Shown here piece by piece: positions 23,684 through 39,199 of a stretch of DNA of 64,000 bases. Made by a program: the position numbers and the translations under genes. Source of the DNA: Anthoceros angustus (taxonomy: Eukaryota; Plantae; Anthocerotophyta). The notes under the pieces were generated by a model, which ran no database searches, was not told where the DNA came from, and worked only from the letters and a program-made list of their open reading frames with translations. How positions within the stretch are numbered: position 1 is the first letter of the stretch; every line of letters starts with the position of its first letter. The stretch lies in NCBI GenBank assembly GCA_010909165.1, contig MU008168.1, positions 620,001-684,000 on the forward strand, read 5' to 3'.

Positions 23684-26600
23684 GTTGAAATCGATTATGT
23701 GGAGACTTGACTATAAACACTTGCAGATGATAGGTTTTGAGACCTTGGTGAATTAATTCACTTCAAGTGTTCTTATTATTTGCAATACATAGGAAACACT
23801 CTTAGAGAATCAAGAAAAGGAGAAACCACTTGAGGTATGTGAGGGCTCATCGTAAAGAGAAAAGAGAAATACTAGATACTATCTTTATTTACGTATGTAC
23901 TAGATATCTAACCTAGAATTTAAGTATTGAAAAAGTATAACTAGGTATTTATCTAGCTTAAAAGTTTAAAATAAGCAGCTTAGTATATATTTATTTGCAT
24001 AGGTAGAATGAAAATATTTAAGATAGTAATTAAATAAAAACGACTGAAATATATATATTCTGTATAAGAGATATGTGCTTTTCTCGCGCACTCTCTGAAG
24101 GATGGCGCACTTGATAATGAAGGAAGGATGGCCCATTAAAGGCGCGTAGGTACTAGGTACCTTGCAAGTGGAGTGCGAAGCAGTGTTCTTGTGAACGGCG
24201 TACTCATGAGGATGTATTTCCTGTAGTTTCTGATTCAGGTTATTTAAAGCTGGAATGTTCATACTGTTTACCATCTGGGTCCCTTGACGGGAGGTGAATG
24301 AAGTGTGCATAAAATGCCTGCATGTAGGTCACTTCCAGCTGGTGGTTGGGGTCACAGCCTACAGTCAGCCGTGAGTGAGCAGAGAGGCTAGAGCGAGGAG
24401 GAGAGACGTCCGCCACCGTCCACAGCGAACACACTCCTGAGTCACTCTCAAGGTAGAGGATGAGCAGGTGAGATCGTCAGTCTGTCCCAATCGTTGGAGG
24501 CCGCCACGGAACAGATGTGTCGATGATGGAGCGCAGGGCCTTGGAGGCGGAGGCCCTCAGCACTCGCCAGAGCTACCTTCCCGGCAGAGTCGGTCACCGC
24601 GCGCTGCATACCGCTCGCGATCGCCACGGCCAGCCTCTCCAGCCTGCACCTCCATCTTTCCCATCAGCCTGCGTCTCCACCTACTGCCGCTCGATGTCTG
24701 GTACCACCAGATCATTTCTCCTTGGACGGTCCCTCGCTTGGATTCCCTTCGTCTTGTGTGTTCAAAGCCCAGCGGACGGTCTCATGGAAATCCACCTTTC
24801 AGCCAAGCAGATCATTCGACGCTACCCATCAGATCATTTGACGCTTTATCGGAGACTCATGAACGCAGGCTCAGTCACGGGGGCCACAAATTTAGCTGCA
24901 GGATCCCCCATTCTACTGTTAGTACTTCACACAGCTTCCAATGCGGGACTCATCGCTAGCGAGGCCACTTCCTTACAGCTTCCCACTTCAGATCATGGTG
25001 TACACATCGACTCGCATCTCATCGCCAGCAGCGTACAGTACATCCGGGCTCCTTCCCTCTGCCCACATCAGGTCATGGTATGTGCCAATCCGACGACCGT
25101 CGGAGAAGGGCTCCGCCAGGCGAGGTGCTGGAGAAGCTGCAGAAGTCCACCAGATAGAGGCCACAGTGCCACACTGCTCTATTCTGATTCCCGATAGCCA
25201 CCTTCAGGACCGCGGTGTTGTCGAGCTGCAAACAATGCACAGGACCGCTGCATCCCTGAAACATCGTCAAAGCCCAGGCAAGTTCAGCGATGGACTCAGT
25301 TGACCCCTGACAGTAAATGCGGAAAGTGACCCACCAGATCTCCAAGAGCCGGAAATCCCATCTGAAAACTCGTTTGTCCAGTCAGTAGACAAAAATCGTA
25401 TTGTTGACCTTCCAAAGACTTCCGACCTTGTTTTTTAGGTGTTTCTATAGAAGCTATAGTACATATTTGATACATGAGAAAGACAGCAAAATCAATTGAT
25501 AGATTACTAGCTAAAAGAAATGAGTTTATCCATGAATATAAAGATTTCCTTAAATTTTACCAGGCATCCGGGCAATTTTTTGTTTCTGTGCATGTCTTCT
25601 ATTTTGGAACCAATTCCACACCTACAATGAGTAAAAAAAATCAAGTCAAATGACAGATTGGATGATACCAATTGTTGTACTTAACAGTAAATAAAAGTAC
25701 AAAGACTTACAAGGAGAAAAGTGCTTGATAAAAAACAGGAATAATACATACCTGTTTCCATTGTATTTCTTTGTGACCAACACGTTCAGGAGACTCACTG
25801 GAAAGCCTCACAAATAGATTGCAAGTTCATCATGTGAGAATTTTGCTTCAATGAGCTTGACCACAATTATATTAAAATTCTTGACTTTGTGGTCACATAG
25901 ATTATTAAGTTAAAGGTCACAAAGGTATAAAGACGAAATGAAGGAACAAACAACCTAAAAGAATTTGCTAAACTTTGGATAATTCTACGTGCTGGAGTTG
26001 CACCGTCAGTAATGTCTAAGGCTCTCTCCATATCTGCAATCTGATACACAATAGAAAAATGTTATGAGATTTCTTACATAAAATATAAGCATATTATTTA
26101 TAATTTGTGGGAAGAAAACTAGGTATCCACCTCCTTTTCTTTGAATCTGAAAGCAGAACCTCTGACACCTGGTCCTCTGCCCATGTTGAAATCGATTATG
26201 TGGAGACTCTGAGCTGACTATAAGTACTTGCAAGATGATAGGTTTTGAGACCTTGGTGAATTAGAATTCACTTCAAGTGTTCTTATTATTTGCAATACAT
26301 AGGAAACACTCTTAGAGAATCAAGAAAAGGAGAAACCACTTGAGGTATGTGAGGGCTCATCAGTAAAAAGAGAAAAAGAGAAATACTAGATACTATCTTT
26401 ATTTACGTATGTACTAGATATCTAACCTAGAATTTAAGTATTGAAAAAGTATAACTAGGTATTTATCTGTAGCTTAAAGAGTTTAAAATAAGCAGCTTAG
26501 TATATATTTATTTGCATAGGTAGAATGAAAATATTTAAGATAGTAATTAAATAAAAACGACTGAAATATATATATTCTGTATAAGAGATATGTGCTTTTC

Positions 26601-29600
26601 TCGCGCACTCTCTGAAGGATGGCGCACTTGATAATGAAGGAAGGATGGCCCATTAAAAGAGCGCGTAGGTACTAGGTACCTTGCAAGTGGAGTGCGAAGC
26701 AGTGTTCTTGTGAACGGCGTACTCATGAGAGGGATGTATTTCCTGTAGTTTTGAAGCCGACACGACAGCGTGGCATTTCGAGCTTTCGGGACACGCTTGT
26801 GCTTGTAAAGTTTGCAGTCTCAGGGTTATTTAAAGCTGTTGTCATTCATACTGTTCCCACCATCTGGGTCCCTTGACGGGAGGTGAATGAAGTGTGTGCA
26901 TAAAATGCCTGCATGTAGGTCACTCGCCTAGCTGGTGGTTGGGGGTCACAGCCTACAGTCAGCCGTGAGTGAGCAGAGAGGAGAGCTAGAGCGAGGAGGA
27001 GAGACGTCCGCCACCGTCCACAGCGAACACACTCCCTGAGTCACTCTCAAGGTAGAGGATGAGCGAGGTGAGATCGGGGTCAGTCTGTCCCAATCGTTGG
27101 AGGGCCGCCACGGAACAGATGTCGATGATGGAGCGCGGGGCCTTGGAGGCGGAGGGCCCTCCCAGCACTCGCCAGAGCTACCTTCCCCGGCAGAGAGTCG
27201 GTCACCGCGCTCATACCGCTCGCGATCGCCACGGCCAGCCTCTCCAGCCTGCACCTCCATCTTTCCCATCTAGCCTGCCGTCTCCACCTACTGCCGCTCG
27301 ATGTCTGGTACCACCAGATCATTTCTCCTTGGACGGGTCCCTCCGCTTGGATTCCCCTTCGTCTTGTGTGTTCAAAGCCCAGCGGACGGTCTCATGGAAA
27401 TCCACCTTTCAGCCAAGCAGATCATTCGACGCTACCCATCAGATCATTTGACGCTTTATCGGAGACTCATGAACGCAGGCTCAGTCACGGGGGCCACAAA
27501 TTTAGCTGCAGGATCCCCCATTCTACTGTTAGTACTTCACACAGCTTCCAATGCGGGACTCATCGCTAGCGAGGCCACTTCCTTACAGCTTCCCACTTGA
27601 CAGTGTGCCTGCACCTTCCATTCTTCACCGTCCCGCCAAACGTCCCTGTGCACCACACAAAACACATCATTCCCACAAATGACCACAAGCCAAACCCGCA
27701 ACCAGATGTCGTACGGCACTGACCCACAGATCGGTCGGTTCTGCGATCCCATACGCGCACGCTAAAATCTCGTGACCCAGATAGGAACAAGTTGTGATTC
27801 GGGGGAAACAACGAGAGGCACGTAATCAGGTCCTGCACCCCAAAAGCCGTTCCATGGGACCGTTCATCCATACAGACACCAGCAATATCATGCGGCCACC
27901 AATATTGAAGGCTATAGCCAGTCACCTTATGCTCATCATACTGCGTCACAGGCTGCAGTGTTGCAAACGACGATGATGCTTGTATGTCATAATAGCACAG
28001 TCGTTCCACAGATTTCTGACCGGCCCTGCAAACCACTGGATTAGTTGCTTCTGACCGATGTCATCCGAGATCACACTCCCTACACAAACCTTCCCACCAT
28101 ACCCTTCATTCGCCGCAGCATGATGGGTCTCTCCTGATAAATGCATGTTCAGCTCCACGCATAGCCTGCACTCACAATCATACCCAAAAGTTTCTCACAA
28201 GGAAAGAGATGCTGCTGATTCAACACATTCACACAAATTGAACGAGAGACAGTAACTACCTTAATGGTTGAGATGAGCTTTGCAGACTCCTTAGACAGAA
28301 CACCGTGCTCCTTCCACCCACGTCCAGCTGCTCCATACTGGATCACACAAGGTGCAGTAGGAAGGCGCTGATTCACAGCCTCCTCCTGCCAGCGGGAAAT
28401 AAGAGTAAAGTATGTGAAACGGTACCAACATAAAACATACAAAACCGGACTAAATCCTTAACTTCACTGCAGAATGATGAAAATAATACAAGACCTGATC
28501 TGGCAAGCTCATCACACGTCACTACCAAGCAGCATGTTCCAAGTTCAGTTGATATACAATCCCAACCTCCTAGTTTCTATCAGTACGTGTCATGCTACTG
28601 CTTTGCATTACATCCCTGAGTCAGTGCACTAGGGACTCTGCAGGCATGGCATCAAACTTGAAAGTCACCTAGTTAATTCATGGACGCCCCAGTGGGTTTT
28701 AAGTTGCTCCACTGTTCGATAGCAAGATAAAGTCAACAGAGCATAGCTCACCTTGGCCACTCCGGAAATGAGCAATGTTTGATTGCTCCGATGGATGTCC
28801 ATTGAGCAAGCATAGTGACGAGGAAGATCCTCAGTTTCTAACAGCTGCGAAGGCAGAACTAACAGATTGATATACGCAGGGCGTCCAAAGCTTCCAAATC
28901 AAGCCGTATGCTCATCCTACTTTGGCAACAATTCGAGCAAGGAATCAGGACAGACCAATTTCAGGTGAACCTGAGCTGGTATTGAGTATCCAGACCAAAT
29001 TCAGCAACAAAATCACAGTATACCTGCCCATCACTTCCCAGACAAACAATTTGCCGTCCTTCTCACTCACAAGTTGATTTCGCTTTCATCTGGTAAAAGA
29101 TAACAAGAGAAATAAGAGCGCCTAACAGATATAACCACCATTATTGCCAGGGCCACGCTAAAGCCATGGACTGCTACCTGACAACCAAACTGCATACTTT
29201 AGCATAGAAGCAAACAGACATCTATATACAGAAGTGAACAGTACATCCGGGCTCCTTCCCTCTGCCCACATCAGGTCATGGTATGTGCCAATCCGACGAC
29301 CGTCGGAGAAGGGCTCCGCCAGGCGAGGTGCTGGAGAAGCTGCAGAGAAGTCCACCAGATAGAGGCCACGCAAAGTGCTTACCGCTGCTCTATTCTGATT
29401 CCCGATAGCCACCTTCAGGACCGCGGTGTTGTCGAGCTGCAAACAATGCACAGGACCGCTGCATCCCTGAAACATCGTCAAAGCCCAGGCAAGTTCAGCG
29501 ATGGACTCAGTTGACCCCTGACAGTAAATGCGGAAAGTGACCCACCAGATCTCCAAGAGCCCGGAAATCCCATCTGAAAACTCGTTTGTCCAGTCCAGTA

Positions 29601-32600
29601 GACAAAATCATGCTTGTGTCGCTGGCATCCAGGCTCGTTACCATTTGACAGTGTGCCTGCACCCTTCCATTCTTCACCGTCCCGCCAAACGTCCCTGTGC
29701 ACCACACAAAACACATCATTCCCACAAATGACCACAAGCCAAACCCGCAACCAGATGTCGTACGGCACTGACCCACAGATCGGTCGGTTCTGCGATCCCA
29801 TACGCGCACGCTAAAATCTCGTGACCCAGATAGGAACAAGTTGTGATTCGGAAACAACGAGAGGCACGTAATCAGGTCCTGCACCCCAAAAGCCGTTCCA
29901 TGGGACCGTTCATCCATACAGACACCAGCAATATCATGCGGCCACCAATATTGAAGGCTATAGCCAGTCACCTTATGCTCATCATACTGCGTCACAGGCT
30001 GCAGTGTTGCAAACGACGATGATGCTTGTATGTCATAATAGCACAGTCGTTCCACAGATTTCTGACCGGCCCTGCAAACCACTGGATTAGTTGCTTCTGA
30101 CCGATGTCATCCGAGATCACACTCCCCTACACAAACCTTCCCACCATACCCTTCATTCGCCGCAGCATGATGGGTCTCTCCTGTGATAAATGCATGTTCA
30201 GCTCCACGCATAGCCTGCACTCACAATCATACCCAAAAGTTTCTCACAAGGAAAGAGATGCTGCTGATTCAACACATTCACACAAATTGAACGAGAGACA
30301 GTAACTACCTTAATGGTTGAGATGAGCTTTGCAGACTCCTTAGACAGAACACCGTGCTCCTTCCACCCACGTCCAGCTGCTCCATACTGGATCACACAAG
30401 GTGCAGTAGGAAGGCGCTGATTCACAGCCTCCTCCTGCCAGCGGGAAATAAGAGTAAAGTATGTGAAACGGTACGTTCAACATAAAACATACAAAACCGG
30501 ACTAAATCCTTAACTTCACTGCAGAATGATGAAAATAATACAAGACCTGATCTGGCAAGCTCATCACACGTCACTACCAAGCAGCATGTTCCAAGTTCAG
30601 TTGATATACAATCCCAACCTCCTAGTTTCTATCAGTACGTGTCATGCTACTGCTTTGCACCATTACATCCCTGAGTCAGTGCACTAGGGACTCTGCAGGC
30701 ATGGCATCAAAGCACAAACTTGAAAGTCACCTAGTTAATTCATGGACGCCCCAGTGGGTTTTAAGTTGCTCCACTGTTCGATAGCAAGATAAAGTCAACG
30801 CAGAGCATAGCTCACCTTGGCCACTCCGCAAATGAGCAATGTTTGATTGCTCCGATGGATGTCCATTGAGCAAGCATAGTGACGAGGAAGATCCTCAGTT
30901 TCTAACAGCTGCGAAAGGCAGAACTAACAGATTGATATACGCAGACGTCCAAAGCTTCCAAATCAAGCCATGTATACTCATCCTTCCTACTTTGGCAGCA
31001 ACAATTCGAGCAAGGAATCAGGACAGACCAATTTCAGGTGAACCTGAGCTGGTATTGAGGTATCCAGACCAAATTCAGCAACAAAAATCACAGTATACCT
31101 GCCCATCACTTCCCAGACAAACAATTTGCCGTCCTTCTCACTACTCACAAGTTGATTTCGCTTTCATCTGGTAAAAAGAAACAGAAGACATTCAACAGGC
31201 TTCATGATAAACTTTCTAGACAATCAGATGCCAAGAAGTCAGGATCAGCGCACCACCTGCTGCAAACATAACTCCACTGTTCGATAGCAAGATAAAGTCA
31301 ACGCAGAGCATAGCTCACCTTGGCCACTCCGCAAATGAGCAATGTTTGATTGCTCCGATGGATGTCCATTGAGCAAGCATAGTGACGAGGAAGATCCTCA
31401 GTTTCTAACAGCTGCGAAAGGCAGAACTAACAGATTGATATACGCAGACGTCCAAAGCTTCCAAATCAAGCCATGTATACTCATCCTTCCTACTTTGGCA
31501 GCAACAATTCGAGCAAGGAATCAGGACAGACCAATTTCAGGTGAACCTGAGCTGGTATTGAGGTATCCAGACCAAATTCAGCAACAAAAATCACAGTATA
31601 CCTGCCCATCACTTCCCCAGACAAACAATTTGCCGTCCTTCTCACTACTCACAAGTTGATTTCGCTTTTCATCTGGTAAAAAGATAACAAGAGAAATAAG
31701 AGCGCCTTCTAACAGATATAACCACCATTATTGCCAGGGCCACGCTAAAGCCATGGACTGCTACCTGACAACCAAACTGCATACTTTGTAGCATAGAAGC
31801 AAACAGACATCTATACCAGCATACAGAAGTGAACAGTGCAGCAGATCAGCTTTCAGCTTACCAAATGACATTGCAAAAATGCACATGACAGAGCAACAAC
31901 TGTCAGCCTTCTAACCACAACATATTTGTTCAGAGACTGAATGCGACCTGCTTGCAAGACTGCCACCCTTGAAGGACCTGAGAAGATATGTACGACGCCT
32001 TGAGTAGTTCCTCATGAGTTTGTGGGATTGTTGCCCAAGCAGAATAATTAAAAAGAACTCTTCAACATTGGCCCATAATCCTAGGCCCACAAATCACAGC
32101 TTACCGGAAATCGAGACGAACTCCATGTTAACAAGAGCTGCAAACGCTTCAGCATGAGCAAAAAATCCATCCGACTTGTTTCTACCGGCCTTTTAATGGT
32201 CAAATGCTTGAGTACCTTAACATAGCCAACAAAGCAAATCAAAAGAAGCTTACACGCCCGTCTCAAATCACTCCCACACCTAAGACAGGGCAATGTAGGA
32301 CAGAAGCTGTAAGACAAGTGACGACTAGAACCTGCGGTATCAGCAAATCCCGTAATTTGGCTTTCGCAAGTTCTGGGAGTCTGATGTTATCACAAAAAAA
32401 CCTCAGGCCTCATATAGACACTGTAGCCCACAAGCCAAACCCGCAACCAGATGTCGTACGGCACTGACCCACAGATCGGTCGGTTCTGCGATCCCATACG
32501 CGCACGCTAAAATCTCGTGACCCAGATAGGAACAAGTTGTGATTCGGGAAACAACGAGAGGCACGTAATCAGGTCCTGCACCCCAAAAGCCGTTCCATGG

Positions 32601-35600
32601 GACCGTTCATCCATACAGACACCAGCAATATCATGCGGCCACCAATATTGAAGGCTATAGCCAGTCACCTTATGCTCATCATACTGCGTCACAGGCTGCA
32701 GTGTTGCAAACGACGATGATGCTTGTATGTCATAATAGCACAGTCGTTCCACAGATTTCTGACCGGCCCTGCAAACCACTGGATTAGTTGCTTCTGACCG
32801 ATGTCATCCGAGATCACACTCCCTACACAAACCTTCCCACCATACCCTTCATTCGCCGCAGCATGATGGGTCTCTCCTGTGATAAATGCATGTTCAGCTC
32901 CACGCATAGCCTGCACTCACAATCATACCCAAAAGTTTCTCACAAGGAAAGAGATGCTGCTGATTCAACACATTCACACAAATTGAACGAGAGACAGTAA
33001 CTACCTTAATGGTTGAGATGAGCTTTGCAGACTCCTTAGACAGAACACCGTGCTCCTTCCACCCACGTCCAGCTGCTCCATACTGGATCACACAAGGTGC
33101 AGTAGGAAGGCGCTGATTCACAGCCTCCTCCTGCCAGCGGGAAATAAGAGTAAAGTATGTGAAACGGTACGTTCAACATAAAACATACAAAACCGGACTA
33201 AATCCTTAACTTCACTGCAGAATGATGAAAATAATACAAGACCTGATCTGGCAAGCTCATCACACGTCACTACCAAGCAGCATGTTCCAAGTTCAGTTGA
33301 TATACAATCCCAACCTCCTAGTTTCTATCAGTACGTGTCATGCTACTGCTTTGCACCATTACATCCCTGGAGTCAGTGCACTAGGGACTCTGCAGGCATG
33401 GCATCAAAGCACAAACTTGAAAGTCACCTAGTTAATTCATGGACGCCCCAGTGGGTTTTTAAGTTGCTCCACTGTTCGATAGCAAGATAAAGTCAACGCA
33501 GAGCATAGCTCACCTTGGCCACTCCGCAAATGAGCAATGTTTGATTGCTCCGATGGATGTCCATTGAGCAAGCATAGTGACGAGGAAGATCCTCAGTTTC
33601 TAACAGCTGCGAAAGGCAGAACTAACAGATTGATATACGCAGACGTCCAAAGCTTCCAAATCAAGCCATGTATACTCATCCTTCCTACTTTGGCAGCAAC
33701 AATTCGAGCAAGGAATCAGGACAGACCAATTTCAGGTGAACCTGAGCTGGTATTGAGGTATCCAGACCAAATTCAGCAACAAAAATCACAGTATACCTGC
33801 CCATCACTTCCCCAGACAAACAATTTGCCGTCCTTCTCACTACTCACAAGTTGATTTCGCTTTTCATCTGGTAAAAAGATAACAAGAGAAATAAGAGCGC
33901 CTTCTAACAGATATAACCACCATTATTGCCAGGGCCACGCTAAAGCCATGGACTGCTACCTGACAACCAAACTGCATACTTTGTAGCATAGAAGCAAACA
34001 GACATCTATACCAGCATACAGAAGTGAACAGTGCAGCAGATCAGCTTTCAGCTTACCAAATGACATTGCAAAAATGGTACTCTGGTGGCCAATGTAAGAC
34101 TCTACCGCACTGAGCCCTGCAGCCAATCACAACGACAAGATGCTAAACTGCTGGTCACTCCTGGTGCATCAAGTCGCCTGGAGCTTTGGCCATTGACAAC
34201 GGAACCTGACAGAAAATGCGTCTTTATTCATCACAGGTTACATATTGCAACATGTTATGGTGGTTTGCCACCTGGGCTAACCTATACAATGTTATTTTCT
34301 AGATCAAGGCTTCTTGACGTGCTTCCAATCAGTCATTTGAGTTACCCTGTCTACTTTGAGGACATAAAGTGCATTCTACCGTTCTGCCTCCGGATTTCTT
34401 GGCTTAGGAAATGCTGAGAAACTTCTGTGTGAAAGAATTCAAATTATGAACGTTCCTCAACTTCTCTCAACAACATACCCTTCTCATAACAGAAAATGGC
34501 AAAATCCAGCCAATAGGCAATTCTGGAAAGAAAGAAAGCAAGAAGACAAGCCATGCATGTGGCCATACCTAAAGATGGAGACACAAGGTCACTAAGTCCT
34601 TGTTTCAAGTCAGCCTGTGAGGCACCTGCTTGATCAAGTGCAACCCCAGTCGGCTGTTGTCGAATCCAGCCCATGCTCTCCTCAATGTAATTGATGTCAT
34701 ATCTACCATGATAATACTCAAGATTAGTGACAGTCGGGCCCAACAATGTACTAAAAGAAGCCGAAGGGTCTTAGCCTCAACGGAATTCTAGGTGAAACTA
34801 GCCAGAAGCCAGCCAGATGAAGAGACGTACTGAAAAGAATCTTCTGTCACACTGTGCAAGGCCATGTTGAGCTTAGCAAGCACACTTGGATCACACTTTT
34901 CTGTAAGCTTCACCATGCCAATTCAAAAACGAGCCATCACTTACTTCCCTAGGGTGCACACTCCAGCAAAATTCAAAATGCCGCAAATAATTTGGCTGTT
35001 AATAGAAACAGAAGACATTCAACAGGCTTCATGATAAACTTTCTAGACAATCAGATGCCAAGAAGTCAGGATCAGCGCACCACCTGCTGCAAACATAACT
35101 CCACTGTTTTCCCGAGCATAGTTATAGCAGCGCACCGATTCTCGGGCTTTTGCAAAAGGGTCATGATTGTGGTGACTGCACCTGCAAAATGCACATGACA
35201 GAGCAACAACTGTCAGCCTTTCTAACCACAACATATTTGTTCAGAGACTGAATGCGACCTGCTTGCAAGACTGCCACCCTTGAAGGACCTGAGAAGATAT
35301 GTACGACGCCTTGAGTAGTTCCTCATGAGTTTTGTGGGATTGTTGCCCAAGCAGAATAATTAAAAAAAAAGAACTCTTCAACATTGGCCATAATCCTAGG
35401 CCCACAAATCACAGCTTACCGGAAATCGAGACGAACTCCATGTTAACAAGAGCTGCAAACGCTTCAGCATGAGCAAAAAAATCCATCCGACTTGTTTCTA
35501 CCGGCCTTTTAATGGTCAAATGCTTGAGTACCTTAACATAGCCAACAAAGCAAATCAAAAGAAGCTTACACGCCCGTCTCAAATCCACTCCCACACCTAA

Positions 35601-35750
35601 GACAGGGCAATGTAGGACAGAAGCTGTAAGACAAGTGACGACTAGAACCTGCGGTATCAGCAAATCCCGTAATTTGGCTTTCGCAAGTTCTGGGAGTCTG
35701 ATGTTATCACAAAAAAAAACCTCAGGCCTCATATAGACACTGTAGCCCGC
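22931..35750. repeat. Mosaic of near-identical duplicated blocks
   Basis: 22931-24987 ~ 25401-27597; 27598-29230 ~ 29645-31170 ~ 32430-34075; 29238-29600 ~ 25036-25395; 31180-31280 ~ 35005-35108; 31870-32430 ~ 35180-35748. Copies differ mostly by small indels. Confidence 0.9.
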
Positions 35751-36451
35751 AAGCCAATAGCAAGACCGAACACATGAGGACGTCCGCAGTTACCTCGGCA
35801 GTAGGAACATGAAGGGAACCACGCTCTGTTGACGCGTAACTAGATCCCGATTGAATACGACGGCTACAAACGCCCCGAACAGATCATCCAAAACCTGCAA
35901 GCACGCTGGGCATGAGCTTCCGCAATTTGCAGGACGAGAAAAGGCCAAACGCATCCGTCAAAGTCACCTCTTCCGTCATTCCGTTTTCCCTGAGAATACT
36001 CGAAATCTCCAACGCCACGGAATCCAGACGCGAGACATCTTCAAGCCGGGAAATGACAGCGTGGAACAATTTTCCATTGTCGCGTGTCTTCACATGGTCC
36101 GTGAGTGTCCTGACAGGTCGAGAATGGTGAGAAATCCGATCCCTCTCAAGCTAGTTCGCAATTACGCCGACATGCAGGCCTGGCAGCTAGGCGTGTGCGC
36201 GGCAAATTCCAGAAATGCACACCGGCCGGACCGCACAGGGCAAGAAAATCGTCTCAATTCCTGGCGCCGGCCACACAAATTCCGCTGTCCAGCAACTGCT
36301 CACAAAATTCATTCGAATGCCTACGGAATGGAAATCTAGCAAGCAGCGGAAGCACTGGAGGAGACGGCTGGACAGACCGCAAGGTGCGGAAGAGCTCGGT
36401 GCAAAAGGGGATCTCGTCGGGAGTGATCTCCACCTCGATGAAGAGCTTCAT
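24988..36451 (-). CDS. Multi-exon protein with N-terminal helical (MIF4G-like) region and C-terminal WD40 repeats; exons present in several shuffled copies
   Basis: ATG 36451 (MKLFIEVEITPDEIPFCTELFRTLR); helical exons (..FFAHAEAFAALVNMEFVSISG, AVTTIMTLLQKPENRCAAITMLGKTVE, DINYIEESMGW); WD40 exons (YIGHQSTIFAMSF, QLVSSEKDGKLFVW, DLITCLSLFPNHNLFLSGSRDFSVRVWD, MILSTGLDKRVFRWDFR); stop after ..DEMRVDVYTMI at 24988. Confidence 0.72.
25401..26184 (-). pseudogene. SHH2: Second, 3'-truncated copy of SHH2-like 5' exons (clean reading frames)
   Basis: MGRGPGVRGSAFRFKEKE | [28 protein letters not shown] | ESPERVGHKEIQWKQ | VWNWFQNRR; part of the duplication 22931-24987 / 25401-27597. Confidence 0.8.
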
Positions 36452-37334
36452 TGGGAGGCAAGGCTAGTTCACTGGACGAGATGGCTCCTCCACTGCTGCT
36501 GCGAATGGTGGGAGGAGGAGCCGAGCAGAGGTAGAAGGGACAAGAAGGCTCAAGTTTCACCAAATCGTGCAGAGAAGTAGGAAGAGGACTACTGGACACG
36601 GGAGTTCACAAAGATGGGATGCCCCACACCCTTTCGGTCTTTACCACAACAACTCGTTAGGGCTTACCTTCTAAAACCCTACTTCCGAGGCAGAGTCTTG
36701 TCAGAGTCCAGGGTCTGCTGTATTATGTACGACCGTGCTCTCGAATACTGATTGGCTTGCCTGCAATTTTCAGATTGCTACTCGGATTCTGTCGTGTTTC
36801 CCCGGTGGACCGAGTCACCAGTACAGACCTAGCGGAAACTAAGGCTCCCGCTATGTTTGGAGCCGTCCATGCACATGGCGCAGTAACGAGTCATGACCCT
36901 CTCGGAGCGCAACATTCTGCGGTAAATCAGGACTAGAGTAAAGTTACAACGCTAAGGGTTGGCAGAACGGTAGAGCACCAGAGGTATCCTCTGAAAAATG
37001 GGAGATGCCAAATCACGGCACCATGCTCTTACAGTCTCTCTCTCGCTCTCTCTCTCTCGTATCTGTGAAGCAACAGGAACGGAGCCTGGCTTGCCAATCT
37101 GGAGTGCGTTGAGTTTTCAAGATCCATAAACAGGAAATACTTCTGCATCTCAGTGGTGGCTGCATCTGTGGGCACAATCAGCTGATCCGCCGTCACCGAC
37201 CACCAACAACCTGCATGGTCGTCCATATCAGCCGCCGCCGCAAGAAGTAGAAACAATGACATGTATTAAAAACGTGGTGACGAGGCCAGCTTCAGGGTTC
37301 GCGGCCTCCTTCGAAACACAAATGCACCTCATTC

Positions 37335-38804
<1,470 letters not shown>

Positions 38805-39199
38805 GCCTGACTGTGTGCCACTAGTCCCTCGGAAGCAGTGGCAGTGGGTGGCAGCGGATCGGAGTGGATGAATCCGCTTCCTCCTAGGCGAGCAGGGTGA
38901 AGTGCAGGCGGGGAGCGGCAGGCGCCCGATTCCGCCTCAACAGTCCGCCGCGGGCGCGCGGGGTCATCTCGGAGTTACACGGCTGCGGCCGGGGTCAGAT
39001 CCGCGTGCCGGCCGAGGCAACTAGTCTCGGAGACGACCAGGATCCAGCACACAAGCCTTCGATCCGGGCTGGCATTGGGCAAGGCAGAAAGCCCGTGGGA
39101 GCTGGAGCTTCCGATCAGATTACTTCTAAGTTCTGGCGTTGGCCCTAATTCTTGCTACTCTCCGATAAACTCAGTTCACCCCTTATTCACGTACTCGTA

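Noticed and set aside
24468-25303. Plus-strand 226-aa ORF, partly repeated at 27059-27600
   Set aside because: Overlaps the last exon and 3' UTR of the WD40 gene antisense; frames are not conserved between copies; no domain.
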